This document shows, piece by piece, positions 48,471 to 60,265 of a DNA stretch of 64,000 nucleotides. Each line of letters opens with the position of its first letter. Within the stretch, counting starts at the first letter, position 1. The position numbers and the translations under genes are program-made. The DNA is taken from NCBI GenBank assembly GCA_030141605.1, contig JAQGDQ010000004.1:620001-684000 (forward strand), in the 5' to 3' direction. The notes beneath the pieces are model-generated. The model saw only the letters and a program-made list of their open reading frames with translations, was not told the origin of the DNA and did no database searches. The stretch is from Tubiluchus corallicola. Its lineage: Eukaryota > Animalia > Priapulida.

Positions 48471-49182
48471 TAATATAACTGCCGATGAGTTTTGCAATTA
48501 TGTTTCTCATTTGGCGAATAAAAGTCACAACGGCACTAATTTGGAAAATGGTACACGTCGTGAAAAGACGGCAGGCGTTTAGAGAAAAATAGTTGGTGTT
48601 TTTATTGCTGTTCAGGAAGGATGCGGAGAGCGGAATCGAAATTGCAAACTTCGTCATTTGCTAAAAGTTCGTATATCGAAATAGGCTCAGGTTGATGTGC
48701 AACGTAGGATCTGTAAATATGTCGGTTACTTTTATCCTAAGAAAACTGTAAATCCAGAAAAAGAAGCAAGATTAAATTTTGGTTACATATCTACATGACT
48801 AGTATTTTATTATTATAAGCACGAAACAAATGCAAAACAGATATTCAACTATGATGTGACGATTAAATACTGTTACATAATTTAGTCTAAATTAAATACA
48901 CTTAAATCACTCAATTGTGCCTAAGCACCCAAAAGACTGAAAAATCTAATCGAACTTTATGCTAAGTTTCTGACAAGTATTAGTAAAACACATAGCACTT
49001 ATCAAATGATACGTGAAACAAAATTGGTCGGACAGCAAGCTAAAGTCGCCTGAAGAAATCTCTCTAGAAAGTAAGTGTCTGGCAAGTAATTCATCTGATA
49101 ACAATTTTTATAACCAACATTTATCTTCAAAACCACACAGCTTAATTAACTAATTATGAATAAGCTGATTCAAACTGATTAT

Positions 49183-49745
49183 TATTATTGTTGTTGTTGT
49201 CGTTGGCATCCTTCTGTCTCGGAAGACAATGGAGTGTGCGCCAAGAGAGTCAGTTATTGATCACATTGATGGAGCTGCAGCGTCGACTGTGGCTGAGCAG
49301 TGCGATCCTTGAACGTCTCCAGGGCGCACGCCTGGGCAAGGTGTATGGAGATCCTGAGTTGCCCAGACAACAGGAACCCCCTCTCTTCCTCCCTGGTGTA
49401 GCCCAAAGGAAAGCGGAGCGATACGTTTGGCACCAGGTTGGCTGCAGGAGCTGCCGGAGTCAGTGAGCATGCTGCACTAGTCCGCCTTCGGGGCTCCACT
49501 CCTGATTTGGAAGGTTTACTCCTCTACACATGGCCGTTGGGTCACTTGACTTCCTCCGCCCTCTAGCCGTTGGCTGCTTGAGCAGCTCCTCCGCCTAGTG
49601 TCGAGATACAGTGTTTGCATCCCGCAAGCCTACAGCACCTGGTATTCCTAGGCGCTCACCCATCCAAGTGCTAACCAGGCTCTACGTTGCTTAACTTCGG
49701 TGATCAGACGAGAACTGGTGTTTTCAACGTGATATGGCCGTAGAT
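49183..49745 (-). mobile_element. Composite 5S-rRNA-headed SINE (SINE3) with bipartite RTE-derived body and tail
   Basis: TSD TTCAAACTGATTAT at 49169-49182 and 49745-49758. Contains a 5S head, an RTE 5'UTR-like segment, an RTE ORF end (SRIALLSHSRRC...*), the 3' motif CCATTGTCTTCCGAGACAGAAGGATGCCAAC and a (CAA)n tail. Confidence 0.9.
49626..49745 (-). rRNA. Full-length 5S rRNA-derived sequence acting as SINE head (unlikely to be a functional rRNA gene)
   Basis: Minus strand reads (A)TCTACGGCCATATCACGTTGAAAACACCAGTTCTCGTCTGATCACCGAAGTTAAGCAACGTAGAGCCTGGTTAGCACTTGGATGGGTGAGCGCCTAGGAATACCAGGTGCTGTAGGCTT, about 120 nt. No oligo-T terminator follows. Confidence 0.9.
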
Positions 49746-51153
49746 TCAAACTGATTATACAGCAACAAACTACATTCAGGTTTGAATACATTGCTTCTGC
49801 TACAGTGTTTAAAAGACGCGCACTGATGCTTCGAAAAAGAACAAATTTAGACAATTTCTGTTCAATATCGCAACATCCTACGACACGTCTAAAAACTTTC
49901 AACAGTACTATCTCATAAAGTTTTACGCAGCTTGACTATTGCATCTCGGAAAGCGAAGTTTCTGAAGCCAGTTTAACACTAGTTGGCAATGTTTCTGACG
50001 TGGTCAGAAACTGAAGGTTTGCAAACAATAGTTACAGGATTGGGCTTTGAAATGACGCCAGCCTTTTTTTGAAAATTATAATTTTGATTTTATTGAATTC
50101 GCGCTACTTAATTACATAGCAGTATACTTCACAATGAAATTGCAACTGCAGTTCCGCAATATAATAAATTCATTTAAGCTGATTATTGTCACATATGTCA
50201 CCAAGGACTTCAGTAGTATACGCCTGGATCCCGAGAAACGCAAGCGCCACTGGTGTGTGTACAAATGGGGAGAAAATTAGTTGCTTTCGGTATAAATACA
50301 TCGAGTTACTCAGGTCGATGCCTGTATTTGTTGTCTTGGCAGATTATTTTGCTACGATTCATCTATAAAATAGTAAAATCTTTTGCCCAAACACGGCTAC
50401 TCAAACAACTCTTCAAACTGGATTTACACTTGCGTACTTAAACCCATTAATAATTGATTTTCAGAATTTGCAAATTTTGTCATTTTCTGCCAATTGAAAG
50501 CTGTACATAGTTTAGTACAGTATGTATTTTATTCTCTAGGCTTTTTTATTCTATTGATATCATTAATAAATGATAAATTTGTCGTTATAATCACTAGTCA
50601 AGATATCGATTTAGGCAAGATTATTGTAGCCTTTCTGGAATCAGCCATTCACGCTAGGAATCAGCTATAGTCTAAATAAAGTCTAGATACAATTGTGCAA
50701 GGATTTATTAATACTATTTTATGTACCATTGTTGTGATAACTATTATTAATGCTTGTATGAATTAATTTTTGCTTGTTCTGTACGCTCGAACCGCAATAT
50801 TCCTTTGTAAGAAGATTATATCTCTTTCGTCGTTTCTTTCACCGTTGATTAAATCTGACTTATTTATTTGTTTGTAATGTAAGGTATGTAATTATGGTTC
50901 AATAAACAAACGTACATGTATTACTGTTGTCGTCTTTCTGGTGATAAATCTCGCAATCACAGTCGGTGTCAGTTTCGGTAATATCGTCTCATCACTATAG
51001 AAATCACATATCCACAGCGAGTCTCGTATAGTAGGATTTTATGAACGGTCATAACAAAAATTGCTTAATATGCGACAAATCGTTTCTAAACATTTGACTG
51101 CGCTACGCGAAACACTGATTTACAATAATTAAGCTTTGCACAAGACAAAATGA

Positions 51154-51155
<2 letters not shown>

Positions 51156-51235
<80 letters not shown>

Positions 51236-51243
51236 GTATATAT
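51156..51243. repeat. (TA)n(CA)n compound microsatellite
   Basis: Direct read. Confidence 0.98.
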
Positions 51244-52719
51244 TAAAAATAAACAAACATGTTCGATATTTTCAAGATTTGTTTTTTTTTATAATATTGC
51301 ATGCCATTAACAGAAAAACTGGTTTCGTGGCTTTTATCAAACGAGTGTTTTGCTATTCCTACGAGGTTTCTGTGTTCCTAGAATAGATCAAAGTCTAAAG
51401 TGTGATTCTTTGAAGCTTCTGACACATTTCAAACGAACTAATTATTAGCTCTGGGAAACAGTCAAACATGTCTCTTTATTTGCGGTGCCAAATATTGTTA
51501 ACTGTATTGCAGGCATGCACGCATATGAAATTATTGCGCTAAAATTGCTATAATTTCTTTGATCTCTTGTATGCATTCGTAACGAATGCAATAATTCTTT
51601 TTTTTCTTGACATCCCTTGACACGGTTACTAGATTACTAGCTCCTATACCGGTAATGTCCTTATGGTGTTAGGGCAATGTTATTTGGATGTTCATTATAA
51701 ACCGTAGTAACTGTATAATCTGTATAACCTAATACAATGTAAATGCTGGTTTGTTTAATTTTGAACGGGAATAAGAAGAGAAGCAAAGTAAACAGCCAGA
51801 CTAGCAAGAAAGCACGCAAGCAAATAGTTAAAGCGATCATATTTATACAGGGATTTGTAGAAGATTTGTTTGTTATTTATTTTCAGGCAGTTTCATTTAA
51901 GATAAATTCATCTTAATTGCATATAATTCATACCGCAAAAGCATTGAGGTTAATTAGTGTAACGCACTGAGTCCGAGCGGAAATTTTATTTTGGGATACT
52001 CGCTTCCTAACCTTTATAAAGAGATATGATTTGTCGTGAAGCCAACCGGTCTTCTTTTCATTCTCTTTGTTTATTATTTGTGCCTTTTCGCTCGCACACG
52101 CACATGTCAAAGGTCACGAAATGGGCAGGGCTTCTTGTTTTATCGTTAGGGTGGATTTCCTCCTATAGTTGTTGTGCTAGAGTCATAATTTCTGGGGTGT
52201 AATTAGGTGGGGTCGAGTTCTTGTGCATAGCTGAGTGTAGCGCCATTTGCGTACGAGAAAAATTTCCGCTAGGGGCAAAAACTATTATTATTAGTTTTAT
52301 TAGCATTTGTCATTTCGCGGAGTTTCAACGTCGTATAAAATGTTTTGTTTAGCTGTTATATTGTGCCTCGGTGTGAGTGGTGTCGTGCATTGTGGGTAGT
52401 GCGGGATGTTTTTTAATATTTTTGTAATGTCACAGTAGAGCATGTTACAACTGATAAGGTAATAAACGCCCGATATTGTAATACAAAAAACAATTAAACC
52501 ATACTGTAAGATCCCAGGGCCGCCTCTAGGTAGTTGACGCCCTAAGCAAAAGTATTTTGGCGCCACCTTCTCAAAGGTTAAACCCCTTCCACACCTTCCG
52601 TATTTGAAATTGAACTTTTGTTGCATGTAATAAAGTATATTGGACAATTAATGGTACCTGTGTGCCAGGTTTACATATATACTAAAGTGTGTTAATTAAC
52701 AGTAGCTAATTGCCTAAAT

Positions 52720-52830
52720 CGAAAACGCATAATGTAATAACGCAAACTTTAACGCATATTGCAACACAACTGAAACGCATAATGTAATGACAAAAATTCT
52801 AACCGATAATGTAATGGCATAATGTAATTG
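52720..52830. repeat. GCATAATGTAAT-motif repeat (subterminal region of a DNA-transposon-like family)
   Basis: About five imperfect copies of (ac)gcataatgtaat; an inverted homologue lies at 55690-55846. Confidence 0.6.
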
Positions 52831-53264
52831 CTAGCTGAATCAAATTGCTGGGCACCAAAGGTGTAGTTCTGTGGAAATACGTGGGAGCGGCGCGTTTCTC
52901 TACGCTGTTTGGAAGGGGATGGTGTTCACACTTAATGCCATGCAATAGCTGCTGACTACAGGCAGGTGCTTATATTTTTTCTTACAAAATATTCTATTTT
53001 ATAAAACCTGGAAGCGAGCAGACTTAAAGCGCTTATGCTATCCATTTAATTATATTATTAAAGCACTTATGCTACAATATATGGATAGCACAGTTGGAAA
53101 GGAATGGTTGTGAATTTAATTGCAAACACAGCTTTTAATACTTTGGAATGATGTACTTTGTAATATCTCCGAATTCACGGTTATTCTCACCCGCAAATTC
53201 GCAACAGCCGGTGTAGAGGCTTAGGTTACGGTTACGTCACCGTTAGAATTCTATTTAAAAACGA

Positions 53265-53503
<239 letters not shown>

Positions 53504-53649
53504 GCACTTATTACATACTTGATAGTCATCGAGTAAAATACTTGATGTGTCTGTGAATCAGTAGTAACGAAAAAACAAAAACAACAAAACAATATCAACA
53601 TGTGGAACAAAGAGGTTAGTTGAGAAAATAAGCTGTAATTGACGGTGTT

Positions 53650-54124
53650 GGTGTACGGTAAAAATGGCACAGAAAAAAAGGGTACAAATAGGAAAAATAG
53701 GAAAAAGGGTAGGGGTAGAGATACTCTTAGGAATAATTACATACTCTTAGGGATAATTATATAACGCTGCCTATAACCTTTGCTTATTCATAACATTCTA
53801 AACTAACTTCAGTATGTTACATGTCAGCCTGTATTATCAATGGTAAATGGTCAAAAAATTGTAGACCACGCTAAGTAGGATATTCATTAGATTATAATTC
53901 TGTTTACAAAACAAATTATTTTGTGACTTTTCTCACTGGTCTATATAAAATCTAAATATTTATACAGGTTATATTTTTGTTCGTTTCCCTGTTCGTGTTT
54001 GTTTTATGCTGTTTCCCATGAAAAACTTAGACGAACATGTCTAGAATTGCTCGGTTTTGACGGTGTACCCTTTTTTCCAACTTTTCTATTTGTGCCCTTT
54101 TTCTTGTGTCATTTTATTTACATT
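53650..54124. mobile_element. MITE with about 60-bp imperfect terminal inverted repeats
   Basis: Left GTAAAAATGGCACAGAAAAAAAGGGTACAAATAGGAAAAATAGGAAAAAGGGTA versus right reverse complement ATAAAATGACACAAGAAAAAGGGCACAAATAGAAAAGTTGGAAAAAAGGGTA. TSD not resolved. Confidence 0.7.
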
Positions 54125-54192
54125 TGTCGTTGACTCACTGGGCTGACGGCAATGCGTTGAAAAGGGTTGTGATGCTCATGACTCGAGGGACT

Positions 54193-54193
<1 letters not shown>

Positions 54194-54224
<31 letters not shown>
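54194..54224. repeat. (TAA)n microsatellite
   Basis: Direct read; may be the tail of a short retroposon. Confidence 0.9.
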
Positions 54225-54226
<2 letters not shown>

Positions 54227-54559
54227 GAGCTAATAATGCGCAACACTTCATATTCTAAAAAAAATTAAATGGTTTTACTACTATGTAAGAAAATAAGTAA
54301 TTTACTGACCAACAATTGTTACTACACTTAATTAGGAGAGATGCATGGAAAACAACACATTAAGTTAGTCTAAAATTTACTCCGTAATATTTATGATTGT
54401 AAAAGTAATTGACGATCGTAAAAGGGCTAGAATGGCATTAAGCAGATTGTAGCAATATAATTAACATATTTTACATATACTATCAGTCCTACAAGTATCA
54501 GTGATTATTGAACAAAACATTTAAGGTACTGATGAATATAGTCAACAATAGCTTGATTA

Positions 54560-55535
54560 TGGTTATGTTTGAATACTAAGAGATGTTACACCAATATCAA
54601 TGAAATCGCGATAGCTGCCTGACCGAGCAGAAAACATGTTCATCTTGAACAGGCATTGGTTCGTCAGTACGGCAGTCACAAACTTCCGGTGCCTAGGTGT
54701 GTTTATCCACCTGCTAGTTTCAGTTGCCAATTTATGACTTTTTATCCTAGCCTTTGTCCAGGAAACTCTTTCGAATTCACGAACATATCTGAATATATAG
54801 GATAACAAAATAAATCCGGATTCACAAGTTTTTACGTAACTACCCTACTAAAGGTAGGGCACTACATTCTTGCACTCTTGTTTCCTTATCCTAAATTGCA
54901 AGGTCTCTTCTCAGTGTAACGATGCTGTTGATGCACATAGAGGTTGCTGCCGTTTGACATTTATTTATCGTATCCGTTAATATAGCGTGCTTACCAGGAT
55001 TATTGACCATCTTAGCAAAGAACCTGTATTACTGAATCTTAATGTATGCCTCTGCCGATGACATACCCATCTCGAGAAGGGATACGAAATTTTGAACTGT
55101 TTACACACTCTAAGGCAGTTTTTAATTCTAGACATGTAGAATGAAGACAATTTTCTGATATCATTGGACAGCCATGTCTCGCAGACTCGATAACATGGCT
55201 GCTTTTAACACATTACGGGACGGAAGCTGCGGACAAATGCTGTTTAGTTCGTGTTTAAGTTTTTTCTTATTCTGAATATCAATTGCTTGAGCCAATTTTT
55301 CACTGGCACAAAAAACTGTACATAAGTAGATGTAGCTATAGCATACTGAGCTGCAAGTCCTCACCAATTATAGGTATGCGGTCATTTTATTCACCACTGA
55401 TATCAAGAAATTTTGTCTTTTTCTCGTTAACTGTCGGACCTTATTCAACGCAAAAAACTTTAATATAGTGAGCTTTTCAAATACAGGGCTTTTTTGAACG
55501 GGCCAGTAGTACAGAGTCGTCTGTCATTAACATGT
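54560..55535 (-). mobile_element. Decayed non-LTR retrotransposon RT/C-terminal fragment (RTEX-like)
   Basis: Broken frames give MTDDSVLLARSKK (YADD-like), FCVE*GPTVNEKKTKF, CYSYIYLCTVF (YLG motif) and ARIKSHKLATETSRWINTPR (LR.S.H.L.IE.GRW motif). Confidence 0.7.
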
Positions 55536-55689
55536 CTTTTCTGTTCTGTCTGTTCTGCAAGAAATTGTCTTCCCATACTAAAACCAATCTTCTTATAAAG
55601 GGATTGATGAATAACATGAACAACAGGCTGTTAGAGTGTATAGCCTGTCTTACGGGGGTGCATTTAACATTGTAATAATAACATTTATT

Positions 55690-55846
55690 CCGCTAGTTGT
55701 TACACTAGAATTTTGTTATTTCATTATGCGTTTCTGTGGTGTTACGACGTGCATTAAACTTGTGCGTTTTGGAGGGCTTACGTTATGTGTTGATTTTTTA
55801 TTACGTTATGCGTTAATTTTTTTGCATTACATTATCAGTTGTAACA
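55690..55846. repeat. ATTACATTATGCG-motif repeat, inverted relative to 52720-52830, ending TGTAACA
   Basis: tagaattttgttatttcattatgcgtttctgtggtgttac aligns to the reverse complement of 52755-52800. Confidence 0.6.
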
Positions 55847-56329
55847 GAAATTGCAAAAAAATGTTGAATGGCTTAAAGGAACCGAGTGAAGTGCTTCATC
55901 TGAAACATAGCACTGAACATGCGCACGTGCATACTTGGGTGTGTATACGGCCGCAGCTCGACTTTTAGATCAGTTAACTTTGAAAAAAAGGTTCTAGCTC
56001 GGCTTGCAGAGCTGGCAAGAAGCTGAAATTTGGAGCAAGAATGCTTTGTCATGGTTGTACTTCATATCTCAAAGCCAATGTAAGTCTCGCTGGAAGAACT
56101 TAGTAAGTGAGGAACATAATTCTTCGCATTCCGGACTATGGTTTTCATCGGTTTTGTCGCAATTTTTAGACAGCCAAATTAAAATCCGTCTGTCTTTAAT
56201 GTTATAATTTTCAAGAAGAATTTCATGATATCAACGTGATTAAGGCGTTGCCTAAGTAAGTTGGCGCAGCGACGTAGCTGACATTTTTTAAACTAATAGT
56301 CAGGGTCGAATATTTTTAGTAACCTGTTT

Positions 56330-56475
56330 TACAATAACGGCAACGGCAAATGGCAATAACGACAACGTGATATGACAACGGCGACGAAAACGGCAACGAC
56401 GACGACGATATAGACGACAACCGCTGCCACTCAACCCACTATCACAACTACCACAATGACGACGGTAGACGACAG
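56330..56475. repeat. Degenerate (ACG/ACA)n trinucleotide tract
   Basis: acggcaacggcaaatggcaataacgacaacg...gacgacgacg; similar tracts occur at 58413-58480 and 60080-60265. Confidence 0.75.
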
Positions 56476-58484
56476 AGTAGCTTAAAAAAGTTGAAAACAT
56501 AAGCCTATTTTGCTAGCCATTTGCCCCGTGCATTCGGAATTTTTCGACTGAATAATATAAACAGGGTATGCCTTTGCTAAGCTGGCTTGTAATAATTATT
56601 ATGGCTTCTAGTCAAGCAGCTCTAGTACAAAGCCACAAAGACAGTCATTTATTGCAAAGGTTATACAAGCTTGTACGCCTCGTACGATGCTCATGAGGAT
56701 CGCACTAAAATCCGCTATTATGCTCTACACAACCAAACAAGCTGTCAACTGACAATAAGCATTAGGTGCCTGTCAGGGGAAGATTCATGTATGTAATCAA
56801 CTGTTTAATAATCGTTTGCACACTACGCAGAGTACAGCGTTATGTTATTGACTTGCTGCTGGGAAATTTGGAAATTTATAAGTTCAGTTTCGTGATAGTA
56901 ATTAGAATATTTTTAAGTTTTTTTAAGATATCGCAAATGAAGTTCAATTATCAGTTGGCGGGTAGATGGATTTATAGGTAAAGTTATGCACAGAAAGATA
57001 AATTACAGTAAAATCTAGTTGTATTTTTAAATGTTGTGCTCTTCAATTAAAGTGAATGAACGATTGGAAAGAGAAGAAAAGCGCAGAGAAGAGTATCTGT
57101 ATGGTAATTTTAGTATTTACGTCCAGTCGCCTATTATAGGTTCCACATGGAGTAAAATAAGTTATTCTAGTTTAAAAGATTATTTGATATACCTTTTCCA
57201 GCCGTCCTATGAAAAGTCGACTTCGATTGACTTTTGGAAAAAAGTAGAAGACGAAGAGAAGACAGGAAAGGAAATGAGAGGATGACGGCGCAAGATGAAG
57301 AATAAAGCAGAAAGCAGTGTTTTATATTAGAAAATCTTCTGTATCTGTTAAAGTAATTGGCCAATTATAGTTGCAGCAAGCGAAATCAATTTTCTGATTT
57401 AAAGATCGTTTGTCGACTTTGTCATTTTTTGTTTCACATTTGTATTGACATTTATTAGGTTTCCCTTTCAACTGTCTCCCAATCGCCTGGTCAACCTTCT
57501 TACCGGTTTTGGAAATTGAACTAAGGCTTTTCAGTTACCTGGTTGAATTTTTAGATCAACAATATTCAGGCGACCAAACGACGTTTTAGCAGTAGTAGAT
57601 ATGCCTGAAAAAATCACAACCTTGGACGACTGACTAATAATTTAGCAGATTTATTCTAAGCAATACTTTGCTTCAATATTCGAGTCATAAATAAATTTCT
57701 ACATCTCAAAGGGTAGGGAAATCAATCATCATTACATTGACATTTTGAGTTAGGCACCTTTACACATGGAGACGCAGCTAATTTAACTTACAACATTTGA
57801 ATTCCGAATTTCGAGTCTTTGTCATACGGAATTTGCGTGGTTGTTCTGTATTCTATATTCTGTCAAGAAACCACTTGTAAAAATTATAACTACTAAAGGA
57901 TTTCTGTATGTTGCACTTCGGTATTATAAAATCAAAGACACTTGATCTTTTAGAAAATAACACTGAAAACACTGCTGTTTCGGTTTCAAAGAAAGGTTTG
58001 CAGTGCATTTAAATTATTTCGCAATTACAGAAACCTGCAGTCTTGCGATTTCTATTACTTACACCAAACAGCTAATTCATGACTACGTTCGCTGATTCGC
58101 CTACTGACAAAGGTCTTGTGACGGGTCGCGCAACATATTAAGAGACCAAGCAGGTCCTTCAAAACTTTTGTGAAGAAAATCAGTTGACAAGACATAGTTA
58201 AGGCCTTCAATAGCAACGACGATAACAGCCAATGAACCGCGCCGAGTGTCTTTAATTATAACAGTCCACTTTGATCTGCTGAGGTACATTATAAGGCGAG
58301 CTTTGTGCATTCACGTTAACATATCTAAGCGTCCATCCCAAAACGCAATAAGAGTAAAAATGGCCTAGACTTGCCTGGAATATAAGATTTTAAATAAGTG
58401 TTTTTAAATTCCAGCAACAACAACATCGACAACAACAACAGCAATAACCATAACAGCAACAGCAGCAGAAACAGAACAACAAGT

Positions 58485-58694
58485 GACCGGGTGGTATCGC
58501 TCAATGGTAGGCCGCCGGTTCAATTCTCACTCGAGTCATACCAAACACTTAAAAAATGCTACTGTTCGTTCCTCGACCAGCCCACGAGCTTATCGAAGTA
58601 ACATGCGGTTAACAATAACTTGGAAGTAAGTATTGAATTACTCTTAAGGTATTACCGCTGGACGATGTCCTAAGGAAATTATTATTATTATTAT
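58485..58694 (+). mobile_element. tRNA-derived SINE with Meta-like central domain
   Basis: A-box-like TCGCTCAATGG and B-box-like GGTTCAATTC, then GAGTCATACCAAACACTTAAAAAATGCTACTGTTCGTTCCTCG (resembles the recalled Meta-SINE core), and a (TTA)n tail. Confidence 0.6.
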
Positions 58695-60079
58695 ATGGCA
58701 ACGATCTATAACAAATACCAATAACATGGTGCCATTCCTGCTTTAGGGCAGGAACGCAGTGAAACAGTCGTCGATAACAATGTCTGGAACAGGTACATGA
58801 ATCCGGGTGCTTTCTGATTGGAAAAGACAACTGGAGAAGTGTACAGAATGCAAACTTTTGTAATATTCAGGTGGGCCCCTTTTAGAAAATTGACCAAACG
58901 CAAGACACTAGACATCCTAAAAATAGACTACGTCTATAAACCATATGCAGAATGTGCTTTTAATCACGAATAAGAGATAAGCACGAAAATCTGAATGTAT
59001 TGCACGGCCATATGATCTTGAAGCAACTGAGAAAATAGCGAAAATCTGGCATATTAAAAAAAGTCCTTTAATGTGCCTGCGTTAGACTGTTTTATGTGGA
59101 GACGCCCAACACTTTTTTTATTTCGAATAGACTCATTAAGGATTTATGTGTCACTCAGTCGCCAGTTCAGACTATTTTATGCGGAAAAATAAAATGCCTT
59201 TTCTTAATTTTCGTAGATTCATTAAGGAATTGGAATAGTGGGAAAATGGAGAGCAAAAGACTGTTATTTAAAGGTTTGAAAGCTAATTTCCGCAAAAGGC
59301 TGTCTTAAACCTCTCCTTAGGCAGAAAGTGCAAGATCTAGAGCGTAATCGCTCACATGGTGGAAGTAGTCCTAGAACATCTATATATCCAACACCTGCCA
59401 TCGACCTGTCCTTACGCATTTTGAGCCCATTCATACGTGATAAGTGGAAAGTGCAATATATAGGACCTACTCATACTCAGCAGAAAAACTGCACACGCGG
59501 TAAAAAGTTTTATCACATTGCAAAATTTTTAAATCACGAACATCTCATTATTTTTTATCAAAATTTTATCTGTCCCTTTAGATACAGTGGGATTAATGTT
59601 TGTCAGATGATAAAACAACTTTCATCTGCGTTTATTGTCTGATTTGATCTTTATGTAAGTCACGAAGACTCATTCTCCTAAGCCTCTACAAATCAATACC
59701 AAAGAGTGCTTATAATTGAAAACTTTATAGAATTTAGCTGCTTTTTCACTTTCTGTTCAATTTCTTTTCCTCGTCATTTCGCTAAGACTCTCGCACTTAA
59801 TTAGTTAGTATCGTTTTTCACAAAGAAAACCATCCATCGACCTCCCAGATGTTATTTGCAAGTGTTATCTGATGTAGAGGAGTTATCACCGACATCGGGG
59901 TGTTCTTCAGGTATTGGTTACAATTTTTCGTCATCTAAACTTCAGCTTCACCCACGAAACCGACGTGAGTGCCTTTAATTAAGTTTTCTTCTACCCGCTG
60001 AACAAGATAAAATACAAGTCCAATATCGCGTAAGGTCATATTAGAGCTCCAAGCTCCACCCTCAAAATGCCAACCCATA

Positions 60080-60265
60080 CCGCCACCGCTACTGCAACGG
60101 CAATAGTTACAACAGCGCCGACAGCGACGACACCGACGACGACGACGACGACGACTACGATGATAGCAACATGAGCAACAACAACTAATAGCAACGGCAA
60201 CAGCAACAAGAACAACAACAGCAGCGGCGTTAGTACAGCAACACCAACAATAACTGCCACCACGA
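60080..60265. repeat. Degenerate (ACG/ACA/GCA)n trinucleotide tract
   Basis: Direct read; explains the Val/Cys/Arg-rich ORFs 59935-60374. Confidence 0.8.

Noticed and set aside
48451-48720. CpG-rich patch with a 68-aa ORF as a third gene start
   Set aside because: No homology motif and no downstream exons identified.
49626-49745. Functional 5S rRNA gene
   Set aside because: No oligo-T terminator, not in an array, fused to RTE-derived sequence and bounded by a TSD. Treated as a SINE head.
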